NCBI GenBank assembly: GCA_000934665.2
Contig: KZ537992.1
Span: forward strand, 124,001 to 185,913
DNA: 61,913 bases
Origin: Catajapyx aquilonaris
Taxonomy: Eukaryota
Direction of reading: 5' to 3'
A model generated the notes under the pieces. It searched no databases and was not told the origin of the DNA. It saw only the letters and a list, made by a program, of their open reading frames with translations. Each line of letters opens with the position of its first letter. The first letter of the stretch is position 1. Shown here piece after piece: positions 10,080-21,825 of the stretch. The position numbers were made by a program, and so were the translations under genes.

Positions 10080-12788
10080 TTAGGCTGGCTTTTGAGATCC
10101 TTTCTTGCCGATGAGCGACTTGTGTATGTGGGGGATGACTCCTGCAACAGACAAAAAAATCCATGTTAGTACTTTGAACTAAAAATAAATTTAAAAAAAA
10201 AAATGTACAGTCAGTAGTTATTCTCTGCTCAATGTATAATTCAGAAAAGTAATTTTTCTTTTGCATTATCTGCATATCATTACCTCAGGGCAGAGACGGT
10301 GTCAATTAGCGTACCAGACAATTTCTAAGTGTAATCAATAATATAACAAGCACAACCTGTATGCCTGTTTAGTGCGTTCAACGAGTATGAAATTGCTTCA
10401 AGCTCTTGCGCAAGTTACGACAATGCAATGGTAGGTTTTTTCACAGCTTTTAATAGCTACAAGGGGGATAGTTAGGGACCGTGAATTTGAAGTTATTCTG
10501 AATCATACCTCCTCCAGCGATAGTGGCCTTGATGAGGCTGTCCAGCTCCTCATCTCCTCGGATGGCCAGCTGGAGATGGCGAGGAGTGATACGCTTCACC
10601 TTCAAGTCCTTCGAGGCGTTGCCTGCCAACTCCAAAACCTGCAGAAAGCAATGCAAAAATGAGGACAAGAAACTGAAGCTTGTCTAATGTATCAAAAAAT
10701 AGTAAGGGATACGAATATTTAAGAATTCTATCTAACTCAGCATATCGCTAATATTACATACTTGATTCCCAATACATAGATTTGGATATTCATTAGATGC
10801 AATATTGTGTACTAGTAGAATTAATGTTTGGACTAATTGGTGCTCAACTTTGCTAACGACAATACTTGCTCACTGAGGCATCAATGCTCGTAAATGAATG
10901 TAGACACAAACGACAATTCCAAGTTGCATGCCATATTTAAATCATTGAAAAATACCGGATAACAATTACATACAATGCACTTGATAAACTTCACCATCAT
11001 TTTTTATCACAAGGCTGAAACTACAATCACAGGACAAATTACATCATCAGTTAACAAGGCTTTTGCCAAATTCTTTCGATGACAAGTCGTTTGGTCTAAT
11101 AATACTTCACGGTAAGCAGATTACACAAATGCTAAGCAGCTTACCTCAGCAGTTAGGTACTCCAGGATAGCAGCGCTGTACACAGCTGCGGTGGCGCCCA
11201 CCCTCCCATGACTAGTCGTCCGGTTCTTCAGGTGCCTATGGATACGTCCCACCGGGAACTGAAATGAAAAACAGTGTCAACAAAAAGCAACAATGGCAGA
11301 AACAATGACGTCAAATCGTTCTCTCGTTTTCTGTACATTACATGAAGCCACATTGACCCGTGAGCGGGTGAACGCAACAATGTCGTGGTGACAATGTTGG
11401 TCTCATCGCTCCATGTAAACCCGGCTTGACACTGTACAGTGCTGGACAAATTAGCCGTCGCTGAATGTTTTTTTGCGGCGGCGGCGTTACCTGGCAACCC
11501 TGTCCGGCGGGCCAATTCAAACATCAGCCCATGGAGAGTGCTTTCATTGTTGCCACTGTTTACAAATCGAGTGAGTGAGTGATGCGCAGGCAGAAGAGAC
11601 CCGTCTCTGGGTCGTCCGCGTCACTCACTCGATTTGTAAACAGTGGCAACAATGGAATCGCTCTCCATGGGCTGATGTTTGACAGGGTTGCCAGGTAACG
11701 TCGCAGCCGCCGGAAAAAAACATTCAGCGACGGCTAATTTGTCCAGCACTGTACAACTACGCTCATACCGGGCATAAATATAGCAAGTGCACATATTTTG
11801 AGGAACGATCGAGTGGCTCGAAAGAAACATTTTTGCCAATACACATGGTGCCGCACACCTGTTGTTCCGTGAAAAAAAAAAAAGGCGGATTTGCCGCAAC
11901 ACACAAACACTTCAAAATCTAAGTAGCCACCATGGTAACCGTTACAACAATAGTTTCCCAGGAGCAACACAAACCCTTGTTTTGACAGAACTGTTTTCGC
12001 GTAGTTACCATGGCGGTTACTTTGATATAAACGTCTGTGCGACACGCCACAGCTCTTTCTGATGGAACTTCTGTAGCCACTCGATACACTCAAAAATATG
12101 CTCCCTCATTTCATTTACAGTGTGACACGGTATGACAGTACTCATGCTTTACACTGCACAACAACTGCTAGTGCGTTATGCTGTACAACCGTACCTTACG
12201 CGGCGGTTATGACAGGCTTGTGGGCTCATATGCGACATCCTCATTGCATCATTAATCCGCTTGGGTGTCGCAATTACCCAAACTCTCATTACATTTAATG
12301 CACAGTCATGCTTCACTTAAACCACATTCCAAAATATTCAAAAACTGGTGGTTGCCCCAGTGTTGCCAACCTCCCCAATATTTCACCTTCCCCCTCCCCC
12401 TCTCCCCCCTGCATGACGCAATCGAACGCCCGGCTTAACATGGCCACCAAAACAAGGGGGCGGCCCCGGGGCCTCCGGTGAAAGGGCTCACCTGCAATCC
12501 AGCCCTGGCCGATCGTGACACCGCCTTGGCCTTTGCCTTCCCCGAGTCCTTACCAGCCTTGCCTCCAGCCTGCAAAACAACGAAGAAATAAGTGTTCGAT
12601 TCTGACGCCGGCTCTTAGAGGGGGCGGTCGGGGGTGAGTTAGAACCCGGGCTTTTCCGGGTCCAAACTCCGGTCTCGAGGCTCAAACTCCGGGAGTGCGT
12701 AGAGGGACACCAGGGGTAGCCCGTGGTGGCACTCCAGGGGTCAGATGGCCTCGGGTCCGCCCCGAAACACGCCGATCACACGCACCAT
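10080..12788 (-). CDS. H2A.Z: Histone H2A.Z (H2A.V), 128 aa; exons 12788-12786, 12569-12492, 11258-11145, 10638-10509, 10141-10080
   Basis: Spliced translation [128 protein letters not shown]. Coding exon lengths are 3/78/114/130/62 nt, all GT-AG. The ATG-only exon 1 (ATG|gtgcgt) is the least certain part. Confidence 0.97.
11437..11751. mobile_element. Palindromic MITE (Tc1/mariner-type ends) in H2A.Z intron 2
   Basis: TA|CAGTGCTGGACAAATTAGCCGTCGCTGAATG...CATTCAGCGACGGCTAATTTGTCCAGCACTG|TA; arms of ~130-140 bp; TA target duplication. Confidence 0.88.
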
Positions 12789-12914
12789 GATCACAGACAA
12801 CTCTTCGTTCCAAAGGTGGAAATGGCGGGTCTCTGATAACAACTAAACTAAAAAAAAAAAATAGAACGAAAAAAAAAAACAAAAAAAAAGTTAAAGCGAC
12901 GGTTATGCCGGCAG

Positions 12915-13185
12915 GAGGCGGATTCGAACCTGATTGGCTCTCAGCTCGTCACGTGACCACCATCCGACCAATCGGATGGGAGAGAGGCGATTTGAACGGC
13001 AAAAAAAAGTCACGCGTTGACAACCCCTGCCATCTGTCGGTTGCTATGGAAAACCACCGATGTATCGATACGACCACCAGTATCGATATATTTGAATTGG
13101 CCGGAAGTGAACCGGTTTTTTTTCCTCCCCATATGGCCGCCGCGTTCGAGCTGCGTCTCGGGCGTGGTCTCGAACGCGGCTAGTG
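12915..13185 (-). promoter_or_regulatory. H2A.Z proximal promoter, CpG-rich
   Basis: Directly upstream of the H2A.Z ATG. CCAAT boxes at 12933-12937 (-) and 12968-12972 (+); GTCACGTGAC at 12948-12957; TTTGAA at 12991 and 13091; X-box-like GTTGCTATGGAAA at ~13040; two TATCGATA (DRE) at 13063-13070 and 13081-13088; CCGGAAGT (ETS) at 13101. Confidence 0.7.
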
Positions 13186-13259
13186 CGAACCTATGGTGGA
13201 AGTGGACCTCTCATGCACACGGGCCCCCATGAGCACGTCAACAGAAGGAATTGCTCACT

Positions 13260-14236
13260 CTATAGAAAGCCAGTTGGAAGAAAAGCAACTGTTATGAATT
13301 TTTTTGGGGGTACTAAGCTGCTTATATACACAAGCAGCTACATTGGAATTGCTAATTTTAGATATTAAAATATGGGCTAACTCTACCAAGCCAGTTTAAT
13401 GAATTTTTGGATAATCAATCTGCTTACACAAGCAGCTACATTGAAATGGCTAAATTTCAGATATTAAAATATTGGCTAACTCTACCAAGCCATCAGTTAT
13501 TGGAAGAAACACCTGTTAGGACAACTTATGAATTTTTGGATATATCAAGCTGCTTACACAAGCAGCCACTTTGAAATGGCTAAATTTCAGATATTAAAAT
13601 ATTGATGGCTAACTCTACCAAGCCAAGTTATTGCAAGAAACACCTGTTAGGACAACTGTTAGGAATTTTCTTTGGGATATTAAGCTGCTTACATAAGCAT
13701 GCAATTACTTTGAAATGGCTCGTTTTAGATTATTTATTGTTTTGATCACTGTAGATCAAGATCTAGTAGCAAGCCAATTGGAAGTAATAACTATTAGGAC
13801 AACTGTTAGAAACAATAACTGCTGGAAACAAACTAGCTGCATGTTAGGAATTTTGGGCTACTGTTAAAGCTGCTTACATAAGCAGCTACTTTGAAATGGT
13901 TAATTTTAGATATTAAAATATTGGCTAACTCTATATAGAGCAAGCTCAAAGGCAATAAGCCTGTTATTGGTAGTAACACCTGTTATTAGGACAACTGTTA
14001 AGAATATTTTGATATTAAGCCGCTTACATAAGAAGCTACTTTGAAATTTCTAATTTTTGATATTAAATATTAAAATATTGTATAAATAACTGTAGCAAAG
14101 CCAGTTATTGGAAGAAATAACTGCTAGGAAGCAACTGTTAGAAACAACTGACTGTATATAGGTGTCGGGAATTTTTAGGGTACTAATAAACTTCTTATAT
14201 ACACAAGCAGCTACTTTGAAATGGCTAATTTTAGCC

Positions 14237-14237
<1 letters not shown>
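13260..14237. repeat. Degenerate tandem array of ~100-185-bp units (~7 copies)
   Basis: Recurrent aagctgcttacayaagcagctactttgaaatggctaa..tt.agatattaaaatattggctaactctaccaagcc core near 13317, 13420, 13548, 13683, 13868, 14018 and 14190. Confidence 0.85.
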
Positions 14238-14287
<50 letters not shown>

Positions 14288-14362
14288 TAGATAGATAGAT
14301 ATTTATTACCCTCCGATATAAGGTACATTACCTATAATGGAGAGAGAGAGAGAGAGAGAGAT
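14238..14362. repeat. (GATA)n and (GA)n microsatellites
   Basis: Direct reading: (GATA)n ~14238-14300 and (GA)n ~14340-14362. Confidence 0.95.
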
Positions 14363-17300
14363 GAGAAACAGGTATACGCAGGGCCATATCATTCATCACA
14401 TTGGACAATCATATAACCAATAAGTCACGTAGTCACCTATAGGGTGCTTACATTGCCATCATAAATGAATATGAGAAAGAGGAGATAACATTCTATAAAT
14501 TCTTTACCAGTCTCTCCCTGCTTAATAAAAAATAAGCCGCTCATAATTATATTAGTGTGATTTAATAAGTGTGTCAGGGTCAGTACTGTGCGAGGGTAGC
14601 TATATTTGTGCATCGATATATCGTGGATACTCCGCTCCTTTTTTCCCTCCACTTTCTTCCCCCCTCTCTCCCAGTTCCCCGTTATATGTTCCTGGCCACT
14701 CTCTCCCCCCCCNCCCCTCATCCTTATCCCTCTTCCCGCGCTTCGTCGCCCCTTCCCCCTCACCCAACCCTCACCCCCTGTTGTAGCCAGGTTTCTCCCG
14801 CCCTTTTTTCCACTCCAACCCCTGCCCAACTTCCCCCCAAAACAAGGGACGCCTCTCCCAAGTCCCCCTCCACCCAACTATATAACCCACCCACTCAAAA
14901 CCACTTTACCCCAAAGTTGGAGCGTCAGGTTCATCATTGTTGCACTAATATTGTTTCATGTCACAACAATACATGGTGTCGTACAACATACGCCACACTG
15001 CCCAAGTGCACATCAAATATGGATTGTTCGCTCCAGCAAACCAGTTGGAATTATTATTAGCAACCTCCATAAGGCAATTTTGACACTAAGCTGCTTATTT
15101 TAAGCAGTTACTGTAAGCAGTTGCTTTTGGCTGCTTATTAATAATAAGGTAATTTTAGATAACTTATTAAAATATCAGATTCCAATCGGATTGTTGCGTA
15201 GCTATAAAAAAAAATTATTGCCAGTATATGAGACACACTACATTGTACAACAGGGTGCATTACAAAATCTAGGTACAGTCGTACTGTGTAGGCATACATC
15301 AGTTGCAGTGAACGTCAATATTGTTGTGTTTCATATGTACGGTTGGCATCAGTTGGCATCGTAAATAATGAGTGCATGATTCATGAGTCCCTTTGAATGC
15401 ATAATTGCAGACTCTTTTTTTTATGTCGTGAGAGAGGGGTCTGGCGTCGTTTATAGGGAGAGAGCAAACAATTCGATATTACAGTATACTAGGAGTCAGC
15501 GCAGCTTCTATAGTTTTATTCAAGCTACTTGGCAACATTGCACTTGACTGAGCACAGGCCCTATACGGTCTGTTGATAGGTCGAAAAAGCAGCTCAGCAA
15601 AAATAATATGTTACGTATATATCATGTGAAAGAAAATCAGTCGAGTGCATCGCTCACATTTGGCAGGACTTCCGGGGCCCCACGCCACACATGATATAGA
15701 CATTATTAAGCCTAGAAGTTGTATGTACGCAGATTTAAAAATCTGAATGTAACTGTAGAACAGTAAGCTTCCTAGAGAACAGGTTTCTACGATATTATTT
15801 CCACACTACAGATGGATTTTTAAAATAGTGCAACCGAGTGCGCACCCACACTGGCGCAGCGTCACTCTTGTGACAACAACCTTACCAGACTGAAAAATTG
15901 AGTAAAAATGGTAAATTGATTGGTAAAAATTGAGTGAATTCCGGGCGATTCCTACTTTTGTGCTTTTAAGTTGAAACTACAGAAAACTGACACCGTATTA
16001 CTGTACTCATATAATATGATACGTGAGAGTGTGCGAAAACTGTGCTACATATTTTTGCATACGGTATACTAAAAATTTTAATGATTCTACCAGACGGTCC
16101 ACTGCTTTTCCAATGATCACCCTCACCCTCCGATGTCCGATCCCTTAGTCAGCATCTGTTTAAAAAAAAGGTAGACAATCGATCACATATACGAAAGAGG
16201 TTTCTATACAGTTGTGTCTCGTGCGTCATACTCGTGTACCGCGCACGTGATATCATCTTGCAAACCGAGTCGTGGGGTCATTTGAGAGAAAATTTGAGCT
16301 GCCTTCCTATTTTGATGGCTGACTCTGCACACAAAGATAATGACTTCGCCAGCTGGAAAAACTCCGCAATTGGAGATATAGGGCTGAACTCACATATTGA
16401 CGCCATTAATTTAAAAAAAAGTAACAGTCGACTGTTAATTTTAAAAATGAATGACGTGACTTCTTCTCTTTTGTCGAATTTCTGACGGATTTGCGGAAGA
16501 ACAGAAAATCCAGGCTTGCTGGCTGATTGTATGAATCTTCAGGACAAAATGCTTGACAGTATATAATAAGCTTACGATCCTGAGGTTTGGCCTTTGAAAT
16601 TTAAAAAAAAATAGTGAAAGGAGGAAGGACATAGAGACATTGTTTTCGGAGGTTTTATTGTATCCGTGTCTTCGAGTGAAAGATCACCATTACTTTTGTA
16701 GCTTGAAGAATACTGGCTGGCTTCTTCTTCCTTGTTTGAGAGGAAGTCGTCGGATTAAAAATAGACCGCTTTTGAAAGGATGAATGGCCTGGACTCTTTA
16801 TTGGCTATAGCCTACTATTGTTCAGTCGGCAATTTTCTGCAACATGTGATTCTGTTAAATGGCTAATTGGCCATTTTATTATTTACACATTGCACTGAAA
16901 AAATTACTTATGGAACATTGCAAAAAAAAAAGTGATGCCACATATGTCTACTGTTCAACTATGCTACTGTACGTAGCCTATACATCAATTCCTGTAATGT
17001 TCGCCATCTAGTCTGGGGGCAGATCCCTTATAAGTTATTGATCACATTCAGCTGCCTCGCTCTCTTCAACTTTGGACTAGTAGAGGAGATGCGAGAGATA
17101 GATTAAATGCAAGGAGGCCATATTGATCATCACATCCCAGTATCCCACCCCCAGGCTGCAGCCTCTTTTTTTCTACCTCATTTTCTTCAATAATCCACAG
17201 GGTGCTACAGTGTAACAGTTCAGCAGAGTAACTATGTTATGAAGTTGTTTGCCCTAGAAATAAGTTTTAAGTGAAGCAACAATTCCGTGTAAAAGTGGTA

Positions 17301-18545
17301 GTTTCTGGTGGTTTCTATAGTGCAGTGGACTGTATCTTAATGGCCTGAAGTCTCCAAATGGAAATTAATGCAGTCCGCTTCATGTATACTGTACTTCCAT
17401 GATGGTCATATAGAGGAAAATTTCATTTTGCAGATTGCATTTATAGGATTTGCTTTAGAAATAGGGCCCGCGGTTATATGATGGCTTGGGGCTAATGCAG
17501 TGTACGGATGATTGGCGACGACGCTGCGGAACTGTACAGTATGCAGTATATGCTCATGCATATTATGCTGCTGGGTAATATGAACTGTCAGAACTTGAGG
17601 GATATATATACTGTCGGAAAATGCTGCCAGTTTAGCATCACGAAACCGAGATAGTTATGCCGGTTTATTTAATATTTAATATATAGTTTATTTATCAAAA
17701 TGTTCAATGAGGTGTTTGCTTGGACTAAAAATAATGCACGTTGCCATCTGGTTGGAGGTAATTGCTGACCTCCAGTTGCATGAATAATACTGTATGTTAT
17801 GATAAATAAAAGTACGACCTTCACCTACATACAAGACTGATTACTCTGATAAGTGAATCGTGGTTGATTTGCTATAATGCGATAAAATGGTTTAAAATTG
17901 GAGGATCAAGAGCAATGAAAAATGCATATGTATCTATGAACACAGAGAAGTTGCCAAGTAATGTTCAATTAGAAATGTGTAGTTATTGCGGACAATATGG
18001 AGTACTTTTTGGTATTTTGTGGTTTAGCAGTACTGACGAAAAATGCAAATAAAAATGCCGACGACCATTTTCGTCGCGGTTTGTTCCCGCAGCTGGAAAT
18101 AAATTACTTGCTGTGGGCCAATATTCTCTCCTTGTTTGTCCTATGCGTACTGCACTACATCATAAGACTTGCATTAGAAACCCGGAATTAGTTTTTAAAA
18201 ATTCACTATCAGTCAGGCAACCAGCCCTTGAGGGACTTTAAAAGCGACGTTTTGAAAATGTCCTATAAGCTTTAAACGTCGCAGAAGCCTGATCTATAAA
18301 TAAAAATCAACTAAATTCAAAGCATAAATTGGCTGGTCACGTGATTCAACCAATTCCTATTGGCTCCCGCCATTTGTTTGAGAAGAGTGCTTCTGATTGG
18401 CTGTAGCTATAACCATTGCATTGGCAACCCCCTGTCAGCCACGTGATTCAACCCATTTTTATTGGCTCATCTGATGAGAACGTGCTTCTGATTGGCTGTA
18501 GATGACCGCTCTGTTGGCACCCCTGCCAGTCACGTGATTCAACCA

Positions 18546-18935
18546 TCCTAATAATATACTAATCCCCTTATTCTGTCTGTCCGTTTCTTTGTCCGTGTTG
18601 ACTATAACCAGTCATCACCTAGGACCTCGGTCATAGCTTGGTCGTAGTTACCATAGTTTTCACTCTCCCCGTTTTAGGCCCGTTTAGTCGAACAGTGGTT
18701 AAAATGTAAACCCGGTTCAAAGTCGCGGTTAAATCTCTGATAAAAATATTAAATCCCAGTTCAGAGGGGATTAAACCGGGTTTACATTTGAACCACTGTT
18801 CGAGAAAACATTATAGGACATTTACGGTCAGAGAGGGTCGGACCCACTTCAGTGCTGGTTATAGCACCCTTGTGGGCTTTGTCCGCGGCTGACTCATCAC
18901 CAACGTGCATGTAGTACTTACTTTCCCCCCTGAGA
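18546..18935 (+). mobile_element. Non-autonomous Helitron-like element (family H1)
   Basis: Starts A|TCCTAATAATATACTAATCCCCTTATTCTGTCTGTCCG and interrupts the repeat unit between A and T without an evident TSD. Its reverse complement matches 56140-56380 and 59070-59283. A CTAG 3' end is not seen. Confidence 0.6.
18688..18803. mobile_element. Small hairpin MITE nested in the H1 element
   Basis: tcgaacagtggttaaaatgtaaacccggtt ... aaccgggtttacatttgaaccactgttcga; absent from the H1 copy at 56140-56380. Confidence 0.75.
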
Positions 18936-19389
18936 CATTTTATTGGGGCCCATGGCAGTCACGTGATTCAACCCATTCCTATTGGCTCTGAGGAGCGTGC
19001 TTCTGATTGGCTGTGAGATTCTGTTGGCATCTTGCTCTTTCACCAGACTGATCGTGCGCGCCACAGCGGGCAAAACCAAGGCTTTTGATAGCTGTCGAGA
19101 GATGGCTGGAGCAGGCAGGTCTCCGTGCACACCCCAATCAGGATTGGCGCGCTGTTGGAAACAAACAAACGGTAAAACCTTTCCCTGGGCAGGAGAGAGT
19201 GGCCTGTCCCCCCCTGTCCCTCCTTCCTCAACCTCCACCTCCTCAACCAACCCACTCAACTACCACCAACCACCACCACCTTGTATATGCAACCTTGCTC
19301 AGCGTCATCCTTTTCCTAGCCCGAGGCCAATTCCCGTCCCGCTCGGCCGGATTCTTGGGGGCTCGCCTTTTTCCTTTTGCTTCGGCCAC

Positions 19390-19551
19390 TAAACCAACCG
19401 CTGCCTGCAGAGTAGTGCACACTGGATTTTTACTAGCTGCTCTGGTTTTGGGATTTTTTAAAACACAAAAAGTACAGGAGGAAGTGCCGGGTAGTGATGT
19501 AGTGTTGTGATCCAAAAAAAAGGAGACAAGGGGCAGCAGCATCAGCTGAGG
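19390..19551 (+). other. Candidate non-coding first exon of an unidentified + strand gene (start approximate)
   Basis: Follows a CCAAT/E-box-rich, CpG-containing region and ends in a strong donor AGG|GTAAGG at 19552. Confidence 0.3.
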
Positions 19552-19671
19552 GTAAGGACCGTTTTTTTGTTGGTTTATTTTTGTTGTGGTCTTCGGAGGT
19601 GTACACGTTGCTTATATTACAGCGGTTGTGACGTGTCGATGCTATTGCTTCATTTACTTATTTAGCTACTA

Positions 19672-19783
19672 AAGGGTGACCCAAAAGTATATGGACGCAT
19701 AGGATTGTTGGTTGACTATATCCTGGCAAACCAACAATATGATATGATTATTACCTATGTGTTCAGACTTTTGGGTCACCCTG
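19672..19783. mobile_element. Short Tc1/mariner-type MITE
   Basis: agggtgacccaaaagt ... acttttgggtcaccctg|ta; related to 60982-61097. Confidence 0.75.
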
Positions 19784-21282
19784 TAGTGCGGGGACGGAAT
19801 ATCCAAGCAAATATTGCGTATTAATGACAATAATGATGTCATTTGGACCTTTAACAATCAGCATATTACTGGCAAAAGTATTGTTGTTAATGGTCGTGTC
19901 AACCTGTTGCATCAGAAGTGAGCGTATATGGTGGACGGGCTGAACAAAAAGGTTCGCTACAGATCAATATTGTTGACTGCAATGAATAATATTGTCACCG
20001 GTCCAACAATGAAACAGGCCAAAAATTACATCTTGCAAAAGCCTATACTGAAAATGAGCAGTCGAAGGTTCATGGACCTATAGATCGGAATTCCAAAAAA
20101 GTAAAAGTGACATCTGTGCACCTCTGGTGATGTAAGCATCACCGACTGAGGAAAGTGATGTAAGCATTTAAAATACACGTGGTGATGGAGCCATGTTTTA
20201 TTGTTGTTATATGCCCGCTACTTTCTACCGCTTCCAGGGCAAAATGAGCTAATATTAGTTGTGCAAACAGGTCGGTATTATAATGGCAAACAAAATTGGT
20301 CTCCTGCTCATACAGTATATAGGGTATGTAAATGTGTGTAGATTGCCATACACTGCCTAAAATTTTTGCGATTAAAATATTCTGCGATATTCAAATAGTT
20401 TTGATTGAAAACAGGGGCCATGTACAGTGAGTTCGGGTGTTTAATGATTTTTTTAAAGGCAGGGAGTTCATTAATAATTGGGGGTAATCGATGCTAAATA
20501 TTAATGCCCTTTAATGTTGCTATAGTCGTGCGACAAGCTTTGTGGCAAATACAATTAAATTTGTTTAAATAGTGACGTTTGTTACAGAGTTTGCGTTTTT
20601 TTGGTGGGCTATGCTGTAACAAGTTGAAATATTTAGATTATGCATGTGAATACCTTTAATGTAACCAGCACGTAATTTGCACGGTTGAAAATAATGAGAG
20701 AATAGTATTTCAGTTGTGCCATTTTTCCTGCTTCATATTTTGGCAAGTTAAGTAGTTTTTTCCTGCAGTTGTACAATTGCGCAATTTTTCTTCTCATTTT
20801 GTATGCATCGTGGCAAGATCCAACATACATGTGAAGTGCACATTTTTTTTTAAAAAAAAAGGGTGCAAGGCAGCGAAGTGGAAAAATACTAGCACGTGAC
20901 CTTTGCTGAGAGGACGGTACCTAAGCCTACGAACCGTTACTGTCTAGAATTTCAGGAAGGCAGATATATGAATAGCGGAACTCTCTGTTGAGGTCAGACG
21001 ATCCTATCACAGATAGTATTCAACCAACTTCATATGTTGGTTGCTACGACTCTACTTTTTATACCAAGCAAAAACTTATGCGACATGTGTACGTGTAAAC
21101 AAACCTGTATTACTGTGATGTGCTTTTCAGCTGACTCCTTCTGCACATTTTCTGAATCTATTTAAACCAGACATCATAACTTGGACAAACTCAACATTTG
21201 AACTGTTTGTCTACAATTATTTTTGCATCCTGTTTATGCTTCGACAGCTCGTGGATATCTGCATAAATATGACTCTACAAAA

Positions 21283-21463
21283 CTAGCGCACCCGTAGCCA
21301 AAATTTGGCAAAACCCTCGGCCTGATGACTTAGTGCCTTGATCAGAAGGTGGCAGCACTCACCAGGGGCCCTTCCATCTTTCCGCCGCGATCAGAAGGTG
21401 GCAGCACTCACCACTTCCGGAGCGTTCCAGAGGCGAAAAAATAAGGCTATTATTATAGAGGGA
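21283..21463 (-). mobile_element. Short Helitron-like element with internal 25-bp direct repeat
   Basis: Minus strand begins TCCCTCTATAATAATAGCC and ends ...GCGCTAG|T. gatcagaaggtggcagcactcacca occurs twice (~21340 and ~21389). Confidence 0.45.
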
Positions 21464-21589
21464 ATTGTTGAGCCACATGTGGAGACAAATAATTGTTATT
21501 TTTCATAACTAGGTGTTTTTTTGCGGAAATAAATGCGGTTTTTTCCTAATTAAAAGTGCTCGAAAAATAATATAGCTTCAAACTCCTAT

Positions 21590-21825
21590 CACTCTAAAAA
21601 AATCTAATATTTTTCCATTCGTTTTTGAGTGATTTCCACTTGATTTGAATCCCACTCGTTTTGAGTGAAAACCACTCGCTCTTTTGAGTAATGTTCACTC
21701 TTATTTGGAGTAATATTCCTCTCGATTTGAGTTAAAGTAAATCTTTGCAGGGGGAAATTCACTCAAAAAGAGCATTTTGCGAAATTGCTCATTTTTTGAG
21801 TTAAAATTTCAAATATTTTAAAGAG
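21590..21825. mobile_element. ACTC/GAGT-rich TIR element (CACTCTAAAAAA terminus)
   Basis: Many short gagtga..a..cactc mini-palindromes. atctttgc...ttttgcgaaattgctc is shared (inverted) with 36174-36811. Confidence 0.65.

Larger units (their letters stand above)
18325..19035 (+). repeat. Four copies of a ~95-bp CACGTG + double-CCAAT unit, third copy interrupted by an insertion
   Basis: cacgtgattcaacc.att...attggctc...gtgcttctgattggctgt, with CACGTG at 18338, 18440, 18531 and 18960. Confidence 0.85.

Noticed and set aside
10450..10508. Alternative H2A.Z C-terminus by read-through of intron 4 (MIQNNFKF...CSY)
   Set aside because: A good donor (G|gtatga) and a canonical final exon are present; nothing supports retention.
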